From positions 1-64,000 of the forward strand of contig JBGASG010000008.1 in NCBI GenBank assembly GCA_044229845.1: a stretch of 64,000 nucleotides of DNA, given 5' to 3'. The translations under genes and the position numbers were made by a program. The notes beneath the pieces are model-generated. The model was not told where the DNA came from and made no database searches. It was given only the letters and a program-made list of their open reading frames with translations. Source of the stretch: Candidatus Obscuribacteraceae bacterium (GTDB lineage: Bacteria > Cyanobacteriota > Vampirovibrionia > Obscuribacterales > Obscuribacteraceae). Positions 10,102-20,457 of this stretch are shown piece by piece. Within the stretch, counting starts at the first letter, position 1, and every line of letters starts with the position of its first letter.

Positions 10102-10872
10102 TTAGAACCTGGAAGCGTTACGAACACCAAAACCTGTCATCGTGGCACCGAACATGCCCAAGCCCATCATGGCGCTTTGGGGATTCATGAGGGCACCGTG
10201 CGTGATGGCGCCTGCGCCGAAACCGGCCATGGCGGAAAGGGCATGTGAGAAGCCACCCTTGCGGACGTCTTTCACAGTGGGCTTGGACTTGGGAGCGCCG
10301 GACAGTGTCTGTGTTTGATGAGCACTGTAGAGAGCGCCGTTAGTCATGCCGGGAGTGGATGGGTACTGACCGAACTGTGGGCTGCCGGGCGGTGCGAAAC
10401 CGGGTTGCTGCTGCATGCCGGGAGCGCCGGGCATGTTGGGCATACCGGATTGCATTCCGTTCATCGGCATGGCGGGGGCGCCGTTGCCGTATGAAACTTG
10501 ACCGGCTCTCCAAACAGGTTGCTGCTGCTGTTGCGGCATTTGACCCTGGTTATATAGAGATTGGAAAGCTGACTTGCGAAAATCTTGAGCCGATTGCATT
10601 CCGTTGTTGTTGTCACCGGCGACCAGTCCAGGAGCGGCGGCATCGGAACCGGACATCTGACGGCTCTCGGCTTGCGTAGCGGAGAGTTGGCTGGCAGCTG
10701 TCGGATCCAGAGGCACCACTTCCGGTGGCAACAGATCCATGCCCATGCTGCCGTCATCAGTCGATTGCGCTTGCACAGCCGGACCGGCGGCGATGATGCC
10801 GAGGGCGAGGCTGAAAGCAAGTGCCAAACCCTTCAGGGTTTTTTGACTTTCAGATTGGACAGGAAGAAACAT
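10102..10872 (-). CDS. Secreted Gln/Pro/Met-rich protein with Gly-rich hydrophobic C-terminus
   Basis: Signal-like LKGLALAFSLALGIIAAGPAVQA; ATG at 10872. Confidence 0.7.
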   Translation of the reverse strand: MFLPVQSESQKTLKGLALAFSLALGIIAAGPAVQAQSTDDGSMGMDLLPPEVVPLDPTAASQLSATQAESRQMSGSDAAAPGLVAGDNNNGMQSAQDFRKSAFQSLYNQGQMPQQQQQPVWRAGQVSYGNGAPAMPMNGMQSGMPNMPGAPGMQQQPGFAPPGSPQFGQYPSTPGMTNGALYSAHQTQTLSGAPKSKPTVKDVRKGGFSHALSAMAGFGAGAITHGALMNPQSAMMGLGMFGATMTGFGVRNASRF

Positions 10873-10993
10873 TTGATTTGTTGCCTTTGAATTAGATAGC
10901 TCGGTGGCGGTTGATGTGCAAATAGTACTTTTCCGGACGGGTAGCGGGAAGACGGGTAATTCCCACGCCCATGGGAAGATCACCACTAACAAG

Positions 10994-11020
10994 CAAAAGG
11001 CGCACCGGGTGCGCCTTTTG
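10994..11020. terminator. Intrinsic terminator hairpin
   Basis: CAAAAGGCGCAC-CGG-GTGCGCCTTTTG perfect 12-bp stem just past the stop at 11034. Confidence 0.7.
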
Positions 11021-11033
11021 GAATGCCTTTTTT

Positions 11034-11996
11034 CTAGAAGTTAGTGATAACGGCAGTTGGCAAGAGGTGCTGCCCTGTTTTTTGCTGCGTAATATTAGCT
11101 GGACTGTATTGTGTGTACGGGAAGCCGAAGTCGGTTGTCTTGCTGCTGTACTGTGGTATCCGCCTCCAGCCCTGACCGAATTCTGTCGCTTGACGGCCAT
11201 TGAGGGCCCCGATCCCGTTTTGACGCATTGAGCTGAGACCATAATCCTGGACTGTCGATCCTGTAGATATGGTGTTGCCGCCGGCAGCGAAGCGCTGACC
11301 GCCGCCCAGATCAATAGAGTTGTTGCGCAACCCCTGTCCGGTCGGTACGCCGAATGGCAGACCCCAACCGGTCATTGGTCCTAAGAGTTCCACCTGGTCC
11401 ATACTGCCGTCATCGGGCGCGCCGCCCAGCGAGGAGTTGAATCCGCGCAATTCATATTGACGGGTTGACTGTCCGCCACGGCGGACGGTGGGAATGGTTG
11501 TGCAATAGCCGCCGGTTCCGGGAATGCCGCCGGTCGGGTTGATGTTGAGTTCTTGAGAAGGATTGAATGATCCGACCGGGGCGGTCAAGCTTCCCGGATC
11601 AGCGCCTGGGGTGGAAGGCGGCGCTGGGATAAACGGCGTCAGCATTGGTCCTAGAACGCCGGGGGGCATCTCGACTGCGGGAGAGATCGGGAGTGGAATA
11701 CCTGAGGAGCCCTGGTCGATCTGATTCGAAGGAATAGATGGAACCCAGGGAAGCAAAGTCGAAGGACCAGTGTGACCTGGCACTACGCCTGCGGGTGTGG
11801 CGCCGTCACCGACAGCCGGCGGCTGTCCTTCCGGTGCCTGAATAAACGGCATCTGGCTGGATGCTCCATTTATAAGTGGGGTTCTGATGGTGGCATTAGG
11901 CGCACCGGACAGATTGCAACTTTGTGCGAGAGCGGCTGCTTGGCTCACACCAAAACTTAGTGCGACGGCGGCGATTGTGAGTGATTTGCTGAACAT
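11034..11996 (-). CDS. Secreted Pro/Gly-rich protein (paralog of 12058-12741)
   Basis: Signal peptide, GGAGG RBS; shares CxLSGxPNxTxRTPLI, QAPxGQPPAxGDGxTPA, PPSTPGxDPG and NINPxGGI motifs. Confidence 0.75.
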   Translation of the reverse strand: MFSKSLTIAAVALSFGVSQAAALAQSCNLSGAPNATIRTPLINGASSQMPFIQAPEGQPPAVGDGATPAGVVPGHTGPSTLLPWVPSIPSNQIDQGSSGIPLPISPAVEMPPGVLGPMLTPFIPAPPSTPGADPGSLTAPVGSFNPSQELNINPTGGIPGTGGYCTTIPTVRRGGQSTRQYELRGFNSSLGGAPDDGSMDQVELLGPMTGWGLPFGVPTGQGLRNNSIDLGGGQRFAAGGNTISTGSTVQDYGLSSMRQNGIGALNGRQATEFGQGWRRIPQYSSKTTDFGFPYTQYSPANITQQKTGQHLLPTAVITNF

Positions 11997-12057
11997 ATTT
12001 GATTTGGCCTCCTGCAGCCTATTTCTTTTGATCAATTTGGAGTGAGTTCAAATTTTT

Positions 12058-12741
12058 TCAATGAGGAGCAATAGTTTGGGTTGAGTACTGGCGCATGCCA
12101 TAGCAGTCCTGGATGGTTGAGCCCTGTTGGTTGGGCCACGGTCCGTCGTACGAGGTGGAACCTTCATATAGCTGTCGGCCCCAGTCGTAAGCGCGTTTGC
12201 CTTGATATTTGTAGCGCCCGAAGTCGCGGGTGGTCTGTCCGCCCCAGCGTTGGGTCGGCGCGTAACCGCTGATGCCACCACCGGGATTTATGTTCACCAC
12301 GTTAACTGGAGGTGGACAAAAATCCGTCGGACCCGAAATCATGCCCGGGTCATAGCCCGGAGTGGAGGGCGGCGGCGGTACATATGTAGATGCACCGTAC
12401 TGACCGGGCGCGTATTCGGAGCCCGGGTTGAAAGGCACTTGATACGAGGGTGCATTGATCTGATTGGCCGGCAAGACCGGATTGGAAGGAAGGAGCGTGG
12501 GCGCGCAGGTCATGCCTGGCGTCACAGGTGCCGGGGTTGATCCATCGCCGATTGCGGGGGGCTGCCCTTGTGGGGCTTGCTGCAATGGTGGCGTGGCTGG
12601 TGCGCCATAAATAAGCGGCGTGCGCAACGTCGTATTTGGCGAACCGGACAGATCGCACTGGGCATAGGCGCCGCTCAGGAAGCCGGCGCTCGCGAACGCC
12701 ACTGCCGTCAATGCTCCTATTACCAGTCCTTTCTTTTGCAC
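12058..12741 (-). CDS. Secreted Pro/Gly-rich protein (paralog of 11034-11996)
   Basis: GTG start, signal peptide ending AYA, same shared motifs. Confidence 0.75.
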   Translation of the reverse strand: MQKKGLVIGALTAVAFASAGFLSGAYAQCDLSGSPNTTLRTPLIYGAPATPPLQQAPQGQPPAIGDGSTPAPVTPGMTCAPTLLPSNPVLPANQINAPSYQVPFNPGSEYAPGQYGASTYVPPPPSTPGYDPGMISGPTDFCPPPVNVVNINPGGGISGYAPTQRWGGQTTRDFGRYKYQGKRAYDWGRQLYEGSTSYDGPWPNQQGSTIQDCYGMRQYSTQTIAPH

Positions 12742-12974
12742 TTAACTGTGCCTCATCTGAGTTGGTGGTCTGCCTGCGGGCGCTTTTACACGCACTACAA
12801 CAGGTACCGTACAAATTACTTCCAAGCACCAGGCTTGTCTTTGGTGTTAGTACGCAGTGCCGTGGGAAGATTCCCACTGACCCGGAGACCCCGCCACGGA
12901 CGCACGCTTTCTTCCACCCACCCACATCTATTTATATGGATGGAGAGTGAGCGGATTCGCCCATGCAGGTCCGG

Positions 12975-13643
12975 CTACAGCTTCAGCCCCAGATCCTTGG
13001 CGCGCTTCATATCCTTGACGGCGTCGTCCGGATGCCCGGTTTTCTCCAGCACGACCGCGCGCAGCGCGTAAGCGTTCGGGTTGTCCTTTACCTTATCCAA
13101 ATACTGGTTTAGATAAGGCAAGGCTTCCGTGAAGCGTTTCGTCTCCACATAGCAGCAAGCCAGCTGGAAGGACGCGTCGGGAAAGCGATCCTTTGCGTCC
13201 GTCCGAATGCAGTCTTTGAAATCAGCGATCGCCAGGTCCCATTTCTTCAGGTCGACGTAATCGCTGGCTCGCCCATAGAAATACTGGCAGCGGGGGTCGC
13301 GTCTGATCACCTCGTCCATGAGCTGGAAGTACTTCTTCATGTCCCCACGCTTGCGGCAGATCACCGCCTCTCCGGACATGGCTCCGACATGATTTGGCTT
13401 GAGGCGCAGCGCTTCGTCGAAAGACTTCATCGCCTCGTCTACTTTGCCTTGATCCAATAACTGATAGCCTTCCAGGGCAGCCTTATCGGCAGGCGTCAAC
13501 TCAGCGCCGGATTCCAGCAGCCTGGTCGCCGGGCTCTTGTCCTTCGCCTTCGACTCATCAGCGAAGCTGGATGACGCGGCACCGCAGGTCAGCACCAGGG
13601 AAGACACCACGAGAGACACCAATGCGATTGCAGATCTGGTCAT
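12975..13643 (-). CDS. Secreted tetratricopeptide-repeat protein
   Basis: Signal peptide; TPR patterns (GKVDEAMKSFDEALRLKP, AYALRAVVLEKTGHPDDAVKDM). Confidence 0.85.
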   Translation of the reverse strand: MTRSAIALVSLVVSSLVLTCGAASSSFADESKAKDKSPATRLLESGAELTPADKAALEGYQLLDQGKVDEAMKSFDEALRLKPNHVGAMSGEAVICRKRGDMKKYFQLMDEVIRRDPRCQYFYGRASDYVDLKKWDLAIADFKDCIRTDAKDRFPDASFQLACCYVETKRFTEALPYLNQYLDKVKDNPNAYALRAVVLEKTGHPDDAVKDMKRAKDLGLKL

Positions 13644-14007
13644 AGTAAAAACTGTCCATATAGAGGTGGGATCTTGACATACCACCATGAGCGGTGCTCG
13701 ACTCTACGCACCGCTGGCAGTCAACGGAAAAACGAAAAGCACCACCGCCGCCACCACCAAGATCGAGTTGACTAATCTCATTTGCCACCTGCCGTTGCCG
13801 AACGCATATCAGTGTAATGGCAAAAGCTCAGATGCGATAGCTATGCCTCTGCCCGCTTGGAGATCTTGACATGCCACCGCAAACGGTGCAAACGATCATG
13901 CCACCGCCCTTGGGGCTATCTGCGAGGAAATTTATTTTGGTGGCACAAAAAAATGTTTGTCCAAATGATCAGTTGCAGCTATCATTACGTCCAGAAAGGA
14001 GGCTGCC

Positions 14008-14640
14008 GTGGAAACAGAAGGCATTGGCACCGCGGGCGGTTTCGATCAGATCAGGATTCACAACGACGCAGTCACGACCGACGGACTGGAAGACCTTTTC
14101 AAATGGGCATCAAACCTGGTGGCAGATGGTGAGGACAGCCGCACCAAACGTTCACGAGAGTTGCGCATCCGCCGGCGGGTACTGGACCTCATCCACACCT
14201 CCAAAGAACTGGAAGCCCACGCTAAGTACGCTGAAGAACTCAGCTATCTGCAGCGCCGGGTGATTGCTCTCCTGCAATTGCTCGCCGAGAAGTCCGAAGA
14301 AGTCACCCATGTCAAACAAGTCATGGTGGCGCAATACTACGCACTCGGACAGATTCCATTACTGCAAGAAGAAGTCAAGCAACTCAAGCAACTTACCTGG
14401 TATCGGGAAGAAGCCGAGGCTGAGCGCAAGCAACTGATGAACACTTTGCAGCGCATGAAAAAGGAACGCGATTATCTTGACGAACTGGTGACAGTCAACG
14501 AACAAGAAAACGCGCGCCTCACGAGATTGCTGGTTACCGCCCGCGCCGAGAATGCAGAATTGCAGAACCGCCGCTGGTGGCACCCACTGGTCAACTGGTT
14601 TCGCGGTCTGATCGACATCGAGCATTCAGCGGCCAGCTAG
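14008..14640 (+). CDS. Coiled-coil hypothetical protein
   Basis: 210 aa, E/K/L/Q-rich heptads, ends RRWWHPLVNWFRG. Confidence 0.7.
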   Translation: METEGIGTAGGFDQIRIHNDAVTTDGLEDLFKWASNLVADGEDSRTKRSRELRIRRRVLDLIHTSKELEAHAKYAEELSYLQRRVIALLQLLAEKSEEVTHVKQVMVAQYYALGQIPLLQEEVKQLKQLTWYREEAEAERKQLMNTLQRMKKERDYLDELVTVNEQENARLTRLLVTARAENAELQNRRWWHPLVNWFRGLIDIEHSAAS

Positions 14641-14688
14641 GCAAAGCAGTTCAGGTTCAGTTTCTTCCGAAAAGTTTTTGTGGCCAGT

Positions 14689-14717
14689 GAGCGGGGTGAA
14701 AGCCCCGCTCGCTTTTT
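14689..14717 (+). terminator. Intrinsic terminator between convergent genes
   Basis: GAGCGGGG-TGAAAG-CCCCGCTC followed by a T-run. Confidence 0.6.
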
Positions 14718-14746
14718 GCGCACGCCGTGCGTCTTTTGGTCGGTGT

Positions 14747-16000
14747 TTACTCTTTGGGCAACTTGCCTTCAAAACCGCGATCGGTTGGATGGTAATACCG
14801 GCGGCTCGCCAGTTCGTCCGGCAAACAACTCATATCGGTGGCGGCATCCTTATAGTTGTGCGCGTACTTGTAACCTTTCGAATAACCGAGTTCCTTCATC
14901 AATTTGGTCGGCGCGTTGCGCAAATGCATGGGCACCGGATGCTGCAATGTATTGTGAGCGTCGTCGGCTGCCTGACCGTAGGCCGTGTAGATGGCATTGG
15001 ACTTGGGTGCAATCGCCAAAAAGGCAACCGCCTGTGCCAGAGCCAACTTACCTTCCGGCATGCCAATCAGATGCACCGCCTGCATGGCCGCAACCGCCTG
15101 ATTGAGCGCCTGAGGGTGCGCCAGCCCGACGTCTTCCGATGCAAATCGCACTACCCGGCGCGCGATATACATCGGGTCTTCGCCGGCTTCCAGCATGCGT
15201 GCCAGCCAGTAGAGACTGGCATCGACATCGGAGTTGCGCATCGATTTGTGCAGCGCCGAAATAATGTTGAAGTGCTCCTCACCGGCTTTATCGTATTTGA
15301 TCACCGCTTTCTGGACGGCTTGCTTGATATCATCCTCGGTGGCAGCGCTGCGTCCTCGCCGCTGCAGAAGTGGTGGCAGAAGCTCGAGACTGTTCAAAGC
15401 CGTGCGCGCATCTCCGGATGAATAAACAGCCAGGGTGCGCAACTGGTCATCGGTGATTTCGAGATTTGCCTCGCCCAGACCACGCTCTTTGTCTTGCAGC
15501 GCGCAGCGCAGGATGTTGACCAGATCATCCAGCCCATGCTCTTCCATGACGAAGACTTTCATGCGCGACAGCAACGCCGAGTTCAGTTCGAATGACGGAT
15601 TCTCTGTCGTGGCGCCGACCAGAAGAATCGTGCCGGCTTCTACATAAGGCAAAAACGCATCCTGCTGCGCCTTATTGAACCGATGAATCTCATCGACGAA
15701 GAGTATCGTGCGCCGTTTCTCGAAATTGAACGCCATCTCGGCTTCCGCCATGACGCCCTTAATCTCTTTAATCCCGGCAGTAACCGCCGAAAAGGCAATC
15801 CATCGAGACTTCGAGCGATTGGCGATGATGCGGGCCAGCGTCGTCTTGCCGACGCCGGGCGGTCCCCACAAAATGAAGGATTTCAGCTCGTCCGCCTCGA
15901 TCAGCTCGCGCAAAATCGAGTCTGGCGCCAGAAGTTTGTCCTGCCCGACAAACTCGTCCAGGTCGCGCGGTCGCATCCGTTCGGCAAGTGGCTGTTGCAT
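14747..16000 (-). CDS. rarA: Replication-associated recombination protein A (MgsA/RarA AAA+ ATPase)
   Basis: [57 protein letters not shown]. Confidence 0.97.
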   Translation of the reverse strand: MQQPLAERMRPRDLDEFVGQDKLLAPDSILRELIEADELKSFILWGPPGVGKTTLARIIANRSKSRWIAFSAVTAGIKEIKGVMAEAEMAFNFEKRRTILFVDEIHRFNKAQQDAFLPYVEAGTILLVGATTENPSFELNSALLSRMKVFVMEEHGLDDLVNILRCALQDKERGLGEANLEITDDQLRTLAVYSSGDARTALNSLELLPPLLQRRGRSAATEDDIKQAVQKAVIKYDKAGEEHFNIISALHKSMRNSDVDASLYWLARMLEAGEDPMYIARRVVRFASEDVGLAHPQALNQAVAAMQAVHLIGMPEGKLALAQAVAFLAIAPKSNAIYTAYGQAADDAHNTLQHPVPMHLRNAPTKLMKELGYSKGYKYAHNYKDAATDMSCLPDELASRRYYHPTDRGFEGKLPKE

Positions 16001-16091
16001 GCCGGGTTATTGTACGCCGCCGCATCCCGTTCGAGCACGCCAAGCAGCACCGGGGTAGAATTCAATATATATCGATCTTCCGGATATAAGA

Positions 16092-17516
16092 TTGCTGAAT
16101 CGACCCACTCTAGTGATTCGAGACGGTGCAGAGGTGCGACGAAACGCCCTTTTGGCTTCGCTTGTCCTCTCGCCCCTCTGGCTGTTTTACATCCCCAAAT
16201 TGATGCTTTACTTCGTCACCATGGCTCTCGGGGGCGACTATTTTTACAGCGGTCCGCTCGTCATGCTGACCTTGCTGGAAGTGGCTGTGCTGACCAACAT
16301 CGGCATTTGCCTGAACAACGGCATCAGCATTTCGTCCCGGGGCATACACTTCCCGGTGCGCTTCTCCCTGCAGACCGGAATTTGGCGCCAGCGCGCCTGG
16401 TCGGAGATCAAGCGCATATCGTTCCGCCGACGCGGCAAAATCAGCACGACCGACCCTGATGAACTGGTCATCGAGATCCAACGCGGACTGCCGGTCAAAC
16501 TGAAACTGGCGGGACTTTCAGCCAGCGACCTGCAGAAGTTCGTCCTGGCGGTCAACACATTCGCACCCGGCACGCCCATCGAGCCGCCGCTGGAGAAGGT
16601 TTCACTGCCTGGAGTGCGCAAACACGCCGCCCTGCCCGACGTTTCTTTCACAGAACTCTGGGAACATGGACTCGACCGGCGCTTCGGCGCCACAATCTTC
16701 GTCCCAAAAGAGCGCGGCGAGAAGCTCCACGGCGGTTCCTTAACTGTAATCGAGCAGCTCGCTTACGGCGGACTCTCGGCTATATATCTGGTTAGAAACT
16801 CCGCCGGCAAAGAGCTGGTACTCAAAGAGTTTGTACTACCGGCTGGAGCCGACAAAGACTTCAGGGAAAAGGCCAGTGACATGTTCAGCAGAGAAGCGAA
16901 AATTCTATGTACACTCAGCCATCCCCGAATAGTTAAAGTGCACGACCATTTTGTCGAGAACGGACAAAATTATCTCCTCCTCGAGCATATTCGGGGCGTC
17001 AGTCTGCGGCGCCTGATTCAGGAGCAGGGCGCCCGCCCGGAACATCTGGCGCTCACCTGGGGCGCAGAAATCACCGAGATGCTGGAGTATCTGCACGGAC
17101 AGAGTCCGCCCGTCCTGCACCGAGACCTCACTCCGGATAACTTGATGCTCAGCTACGACGGCAAGCTTTTCCTGATTGACTTCGGGGCTGCCAATCATTT
17201 TCTCGGCACAGCCACGGGCACCATGGTCGGCAAACAGTCATACATCTCACCCGAGCAGTTCAAAGGCAAGGCGACACCGGCAAGCGACCTGTTTTCGCTG
17301 GGCTGCACGCTGCATTACCTGCTCACGGGCTCTGATGCCGAGCCCCTTTCCACATCAAATCCGAAAGACGCGAGAAGCGATGTTTCTTCAGGGGCTGCTG
17401 ACCTGGTGAAGAAACTGACCGCGCTGGACGCCGCCGAGCGTTATGGCGATGCGGCAGCCGTACGAAACCAGATAACGGATCTTCTGAGTGCCCGTCCCGC
17501 AGCAAGTGTCAAGTGA
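16092..17516 (+). CDS. Membrane Ser/Thr protein kinase (type A)
   Basis: Two N-terminal TMs, GGLSAIY, VLKE, HRDLTPDN, DFG, SPE. Confidence 0.92.
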   Translation: MLNRPTLVIRDGAEVRRNALLASLVLSPLWLFYIPKLMLYFVTMALGGDYFYSGPLVMLTLLEVAVLTNIGICLNNGISISSRGIHFPVRFSLQTGIWRQRAWSEIKRISFRRRGKISTTDPDELVIEIQRGLPVKLKLAGLSASDLQKFVLAVNTFAPGTPIEPPLEKVSLPGVRKHAALPDVSFTELWEHGLDRRFGATIFVPKERGEKLHGGSLTVIEQLAYGGLSAIYLVRNSAGKELVLKEFVLPAGADKDFREKASDMFSREAKILCTLSHPRIVKVHDHFVENGQNYLLLEHIRGVSLRRLIQEQGARPEHLALTWGAEITEMLEYLHGQSPPVLHRDLTPDNLMLSYDGKLFLIDFGAANHFLGTATGTMVGKQSYISPEQFKGKATPASDLFSLGCTLHYLLTGSDAEPLSTSNPKDARSDVSSGAADLVKKLTALDAAERYGDAAAVRNQITDLLSARPAASVK

Positions 17517-18952
17517 TGAATAGCGATACCAGAATCACTGCGCCCAGCGACGTCGTCTCCGACGACATAACCGAGACCGAGCCGCAGAAATACGGATTGT
17601 TCGCACTCTCGGTCGTCGTGGGCATCATTGTCTTCTGCGCGTTGCTCGACTGGTTCTCAGCGTGGACGCGTCAGGCAAACGGCGGCGACTTCGTCAGTCC
17701 GGCGCTCTGGGCTTGCGTGGTGCTCTTCCCGATCGGTCTTGTGATCGCGGCATTCTTCCGGCGGCGCCAGGTGTCCATCGACGATCGCGGCGTCACTATC
17801 TTCCGCATGCAGAACAATCAGCCCACTGATCTGGAATATGTTTCGTGGAGAAACTTCCGAAGGCTCAGCATAGCGAGTATCGGTCCTGAAAAGGTGGTGC
17901 GCATCGACGCCAAAGACGGGCGAGTGCTGCGGCTTCCCTATCGGCAACTGGCAGATTGCATGGACCCCGGCGAGTTTTTCAGCGCAGTGCGAGCGTGGGC
18001 ACCGGGTGTCATGAAAGAAGATGCTGCCCTGCTCGGAAGCGAAGGCAATCACACGCGACTCTGGCTCGACTCGTTTTCTCACACCAGCGGTCGCGGGCGC
18101 TCGACCACCGAACTGGAAGCGGGAACCAAACTGCAAGAAGGGCGCTACCAGATCATCAACGCCATCGGTCAAGGCGGGCAGGGCACCGCATATCTAGCCG
18201 CATCGTCCGCATCGACCATGCCGGCGGAGGTAGTGCTTAAGGAGTACATTCTCCCGATGCACCACTTCAAGACTCAGTCGATACTGACTGAAAACGCCGA
18301 AAAGCTGAACAAAGAAGCAGTGATCTTGGAGAAGATCGACCACGAACAAATCGTCCGGTTGTACGGACACTTCGTGGAAGACTACCGCGGTTATCTGGTG
18401 ATGGAGCATGTGGAAGGCGTGTCCCTTAAAGAGCTGGTTTCACGTGAGGGCAGTCAGCCGGAATCATTCGTCATAGATATCACCGGGCAAATCTGCGACA
18501 TACTCACTTATCTGCATGGACTGCCGACACCTATCGTCCACCGCGACATCACCCCGGATAATCTGATTTTGCAATGCGACGGCAAAATAAAGCTGGTGGA
18601 TTTTAACGTCGCGCACCAGATGGAATCATCAGCCACTGCCACCGTGGTCGGCAAGCACGCCTTCATCCCGCCTGAGCAGTTCAAAGGGAAACCATCACCC
18701 CAGAGCGATGTTTATGCACTTGGTTGCACGATGCACTACCTTCTCACTGGCAAAGAGCCTGAGCCAATTACACCTTCGACGCCGCAAAGCCTTTGCGCTT
18801 CAGTGAGCGATACTTTGAACAGCGTAGTGAAACGCGCTACCGCGCTGAGCACCGAAGACCGTTTCGTCTCCGCAGAAAGGCTGAAAGCCGCGTTGCCTCC
18901 AGCTCCAGCCGTCAAAGCCGCCAATCCCGCCAAAGCCGGAGGTGGGCGATGA
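17513..18952 (+). CDS. Membrane Ser/Thr protein kinase (type B, DFN)
   Basis: Two TMs, GQGGQG, LKEYILP, HRDITPDN, DFN, PPE; overlaps upstream stop. Confidence 0.92.
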   Translation: MMNSDTRITAPSDVVSDDITETEPQKYGLFALSVVVGIIVFCALLDWFSAWTRQANGGDFVSPALWACVVLFPIGLVIAAFFRRRQVSIDDRGVTIFRMQNNQPTDLEYVSWRNFRRLSIASIGPEKVVRIDAKDGRVLRLPYRQLADCMDPGEFFSAVRAWAPGVMKEDAALLGSEGNHTRLWLDSFSHTSGRGRSTTELEAGTKLQEGRYQIINAIGQGGQGTAYLAASSASTMPAEVVLKEYILPMHHFKTQSILTENAEKLNKEAVILEKIDHEQIVRLYGHFVEDYRGYLVMEHVEGVSLKELVSREGSQPESFVIDITGQICDILTYLHGLPTPIVHRDITPDNLILQCDGKIKLVDFNVAHQMESSATATVVGKHAFIPPEQFKGKPSPQSDVYALGCTMHYLLTGKEPEPITPSTPQSLCASVSDTLNSVVKRATALSTEDRFVSAERLKAALPPAPAVKAANPAKAGGGR

Positions 18953-20457
18953 ACAGCTTGCGCGAAAACAAGTTTCGCCTGCCCTTGCCTTATCACGACA
19001 CACGGTCGACGGTGATGCTCGGTGTGCTGATCACGTTCATGCCGATCTGGCTTGTCTGGATACCCTATCGCATCCTGCAATCACCGACGGTACAAAATCT
19101 ATTGATCGCACCGATGGGATTCACTCCGGACAGATGGTTCGATCAACCTCAGATTTGGTATCCAGACCACTTCTTCAAAGAGACGGGGCTGATCGTTTCG
19201 CTCTTTTGCCTTCTGGCACTGATACTTCTGATCGATAGACGCCTGATCATCTCCAATCAGGGCATTCGTTTCCCCGCTATCTGCTCGATCGAGTTGCGCA
19301 CCAAACTCTTCCGCCCGTGGGACGATCTTGTGGAAGTGCAAGTCAAATGCAGCCGCATGCTGCACTGCAAACCAAGTCAAGTTTCCTTCGTATTCAAAGG
19401 CGGAGCCGTCGCGCATTTGGACTTCGATTCAATTAATCGCAACCAGTGGCAAAAGCTTTTCATCGCCATCCATACTTATGCTCCACACGTCCAAATGGAT
19501 TCCCATGTGCAGGATGTACACGCCGACTTTGTCGGCAATGACATAGTCTTGCACCCCTTCACATACGCGCGGGTATGGCGCGATGAATTGACACGCCGGT
19601 TCAATCCGACGGTCTTTGTTCCTCGCGAAGCCGGAGACCAGCTGCAAGAAGGACGCTACACCGTCGAAGGACAATTGGCATTCGGCGGGCTGTCGGCTAT
19701 CTATGTAGCCCGCCAGCGGGACGGCACGCGAGTTGTAATAAAAGAGGCAGTGGTGCCCGCCGACGCCAGCGAAGAAACAGCGCAAAAGGCGACCGAGCTG
19801 TTCCAGCGCGAGGCTCTGCTTCTGCAGAATCTGGAGCATCCAGGCATCGCCCGTGTGTTCGATCACTTTGTCGAGAACGGTCGCAACTACATGGTGTTGG
19901 AATACATACCAGGCAAAGACCTGCGCCAGTTAGTCACCAATTGCGGTGCTCAGCAGATGGACACCGTCATGCACTGGGCGCGCGAGGTTGCCGCCATCAT
20001 GATTTATTTGCACGGCATCGACCCACCTATCGTGCATCGCGACCTGACGCCGGACAATCTGGTTTTGCGCAACGACGGCACGATTACTTTGATCGACTTC
20101 GGCGCCGCCAACCATTTCATTGGTACCGCCACCGGCACCATGGTCGGCAAACAGTCTTATATGGCTCCCGAGCAATTGCGCGGCAAAGCGCATCTGAAGA
20201 GCGACATCTACTCATTTGGAGCAACACTCTATTTCCTACTCACCGGCAAAGATCCGGAGCCAATCACCCAATCGCAAGTTCAAGAAGAGAATCCCGATAT
20301 CAGCGACGAAATAGCCGATCTGATCGCGCGCTGCACCAGTCTCGACTCCGACGAGCGACCGTCCGGCTTCGCGGAAGTCCTATCGATACTCAATGGCGAG
20401 TCGCAGGAAGTTGAAGGAACGTACGTATCCCTTGCCGGTATGGTGTTTGATTCATGA
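18949..20457 (+). CDS. Membrane Ser/Thr protein kinase (type A)
   Basis: ATG at 18949 in ATGA overlap; GGLSAIY, HRDLTPDN, DFGAANHF, APE. Confidence 0.92.
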   Translation: MNSLRENKFRLPLPYHDTRSTVMLGVLITFMPIWLVWIPYRILQSPTVQNLLIAPMGFTPDRWFDQPQIWYPDHFFKETGLIVSLFCLLALILLIDRRLIISNQGIRFPAICSIELRTKLFRPWDDLVEVQVKCSRMLHCKPSQVSFVFKGGAVAHLDFDSINRNQWQKLFIAIHTYAPHVQMDSHVQDVHADFVGNDIVLHPFTYARVWRDELTRRFNPTVFVPREAGDQLQEGRYTVEGQLAFGGLSAIYVARQRDGTRVVIKEAVVPADASEETAQKATELFQREALLLQNLEHPGIARVFDHFVENGRNYMVLEYIPGKDLRQLVTNCGAQQMDTVMHWAREVAAIMIYLHGIDPPIVHRDLTPDNLVLRNDGTITLIDFGAANHFIGTATGTMVGKQSYMAPEQLRGKAHLKSDIYSFGATLYFLLTGKDPEPITQSQVQEENPDISDEIADLIARCTSLDSDERPSGFAEVLSILNGESQEVEGTYVSLAGMVFDS

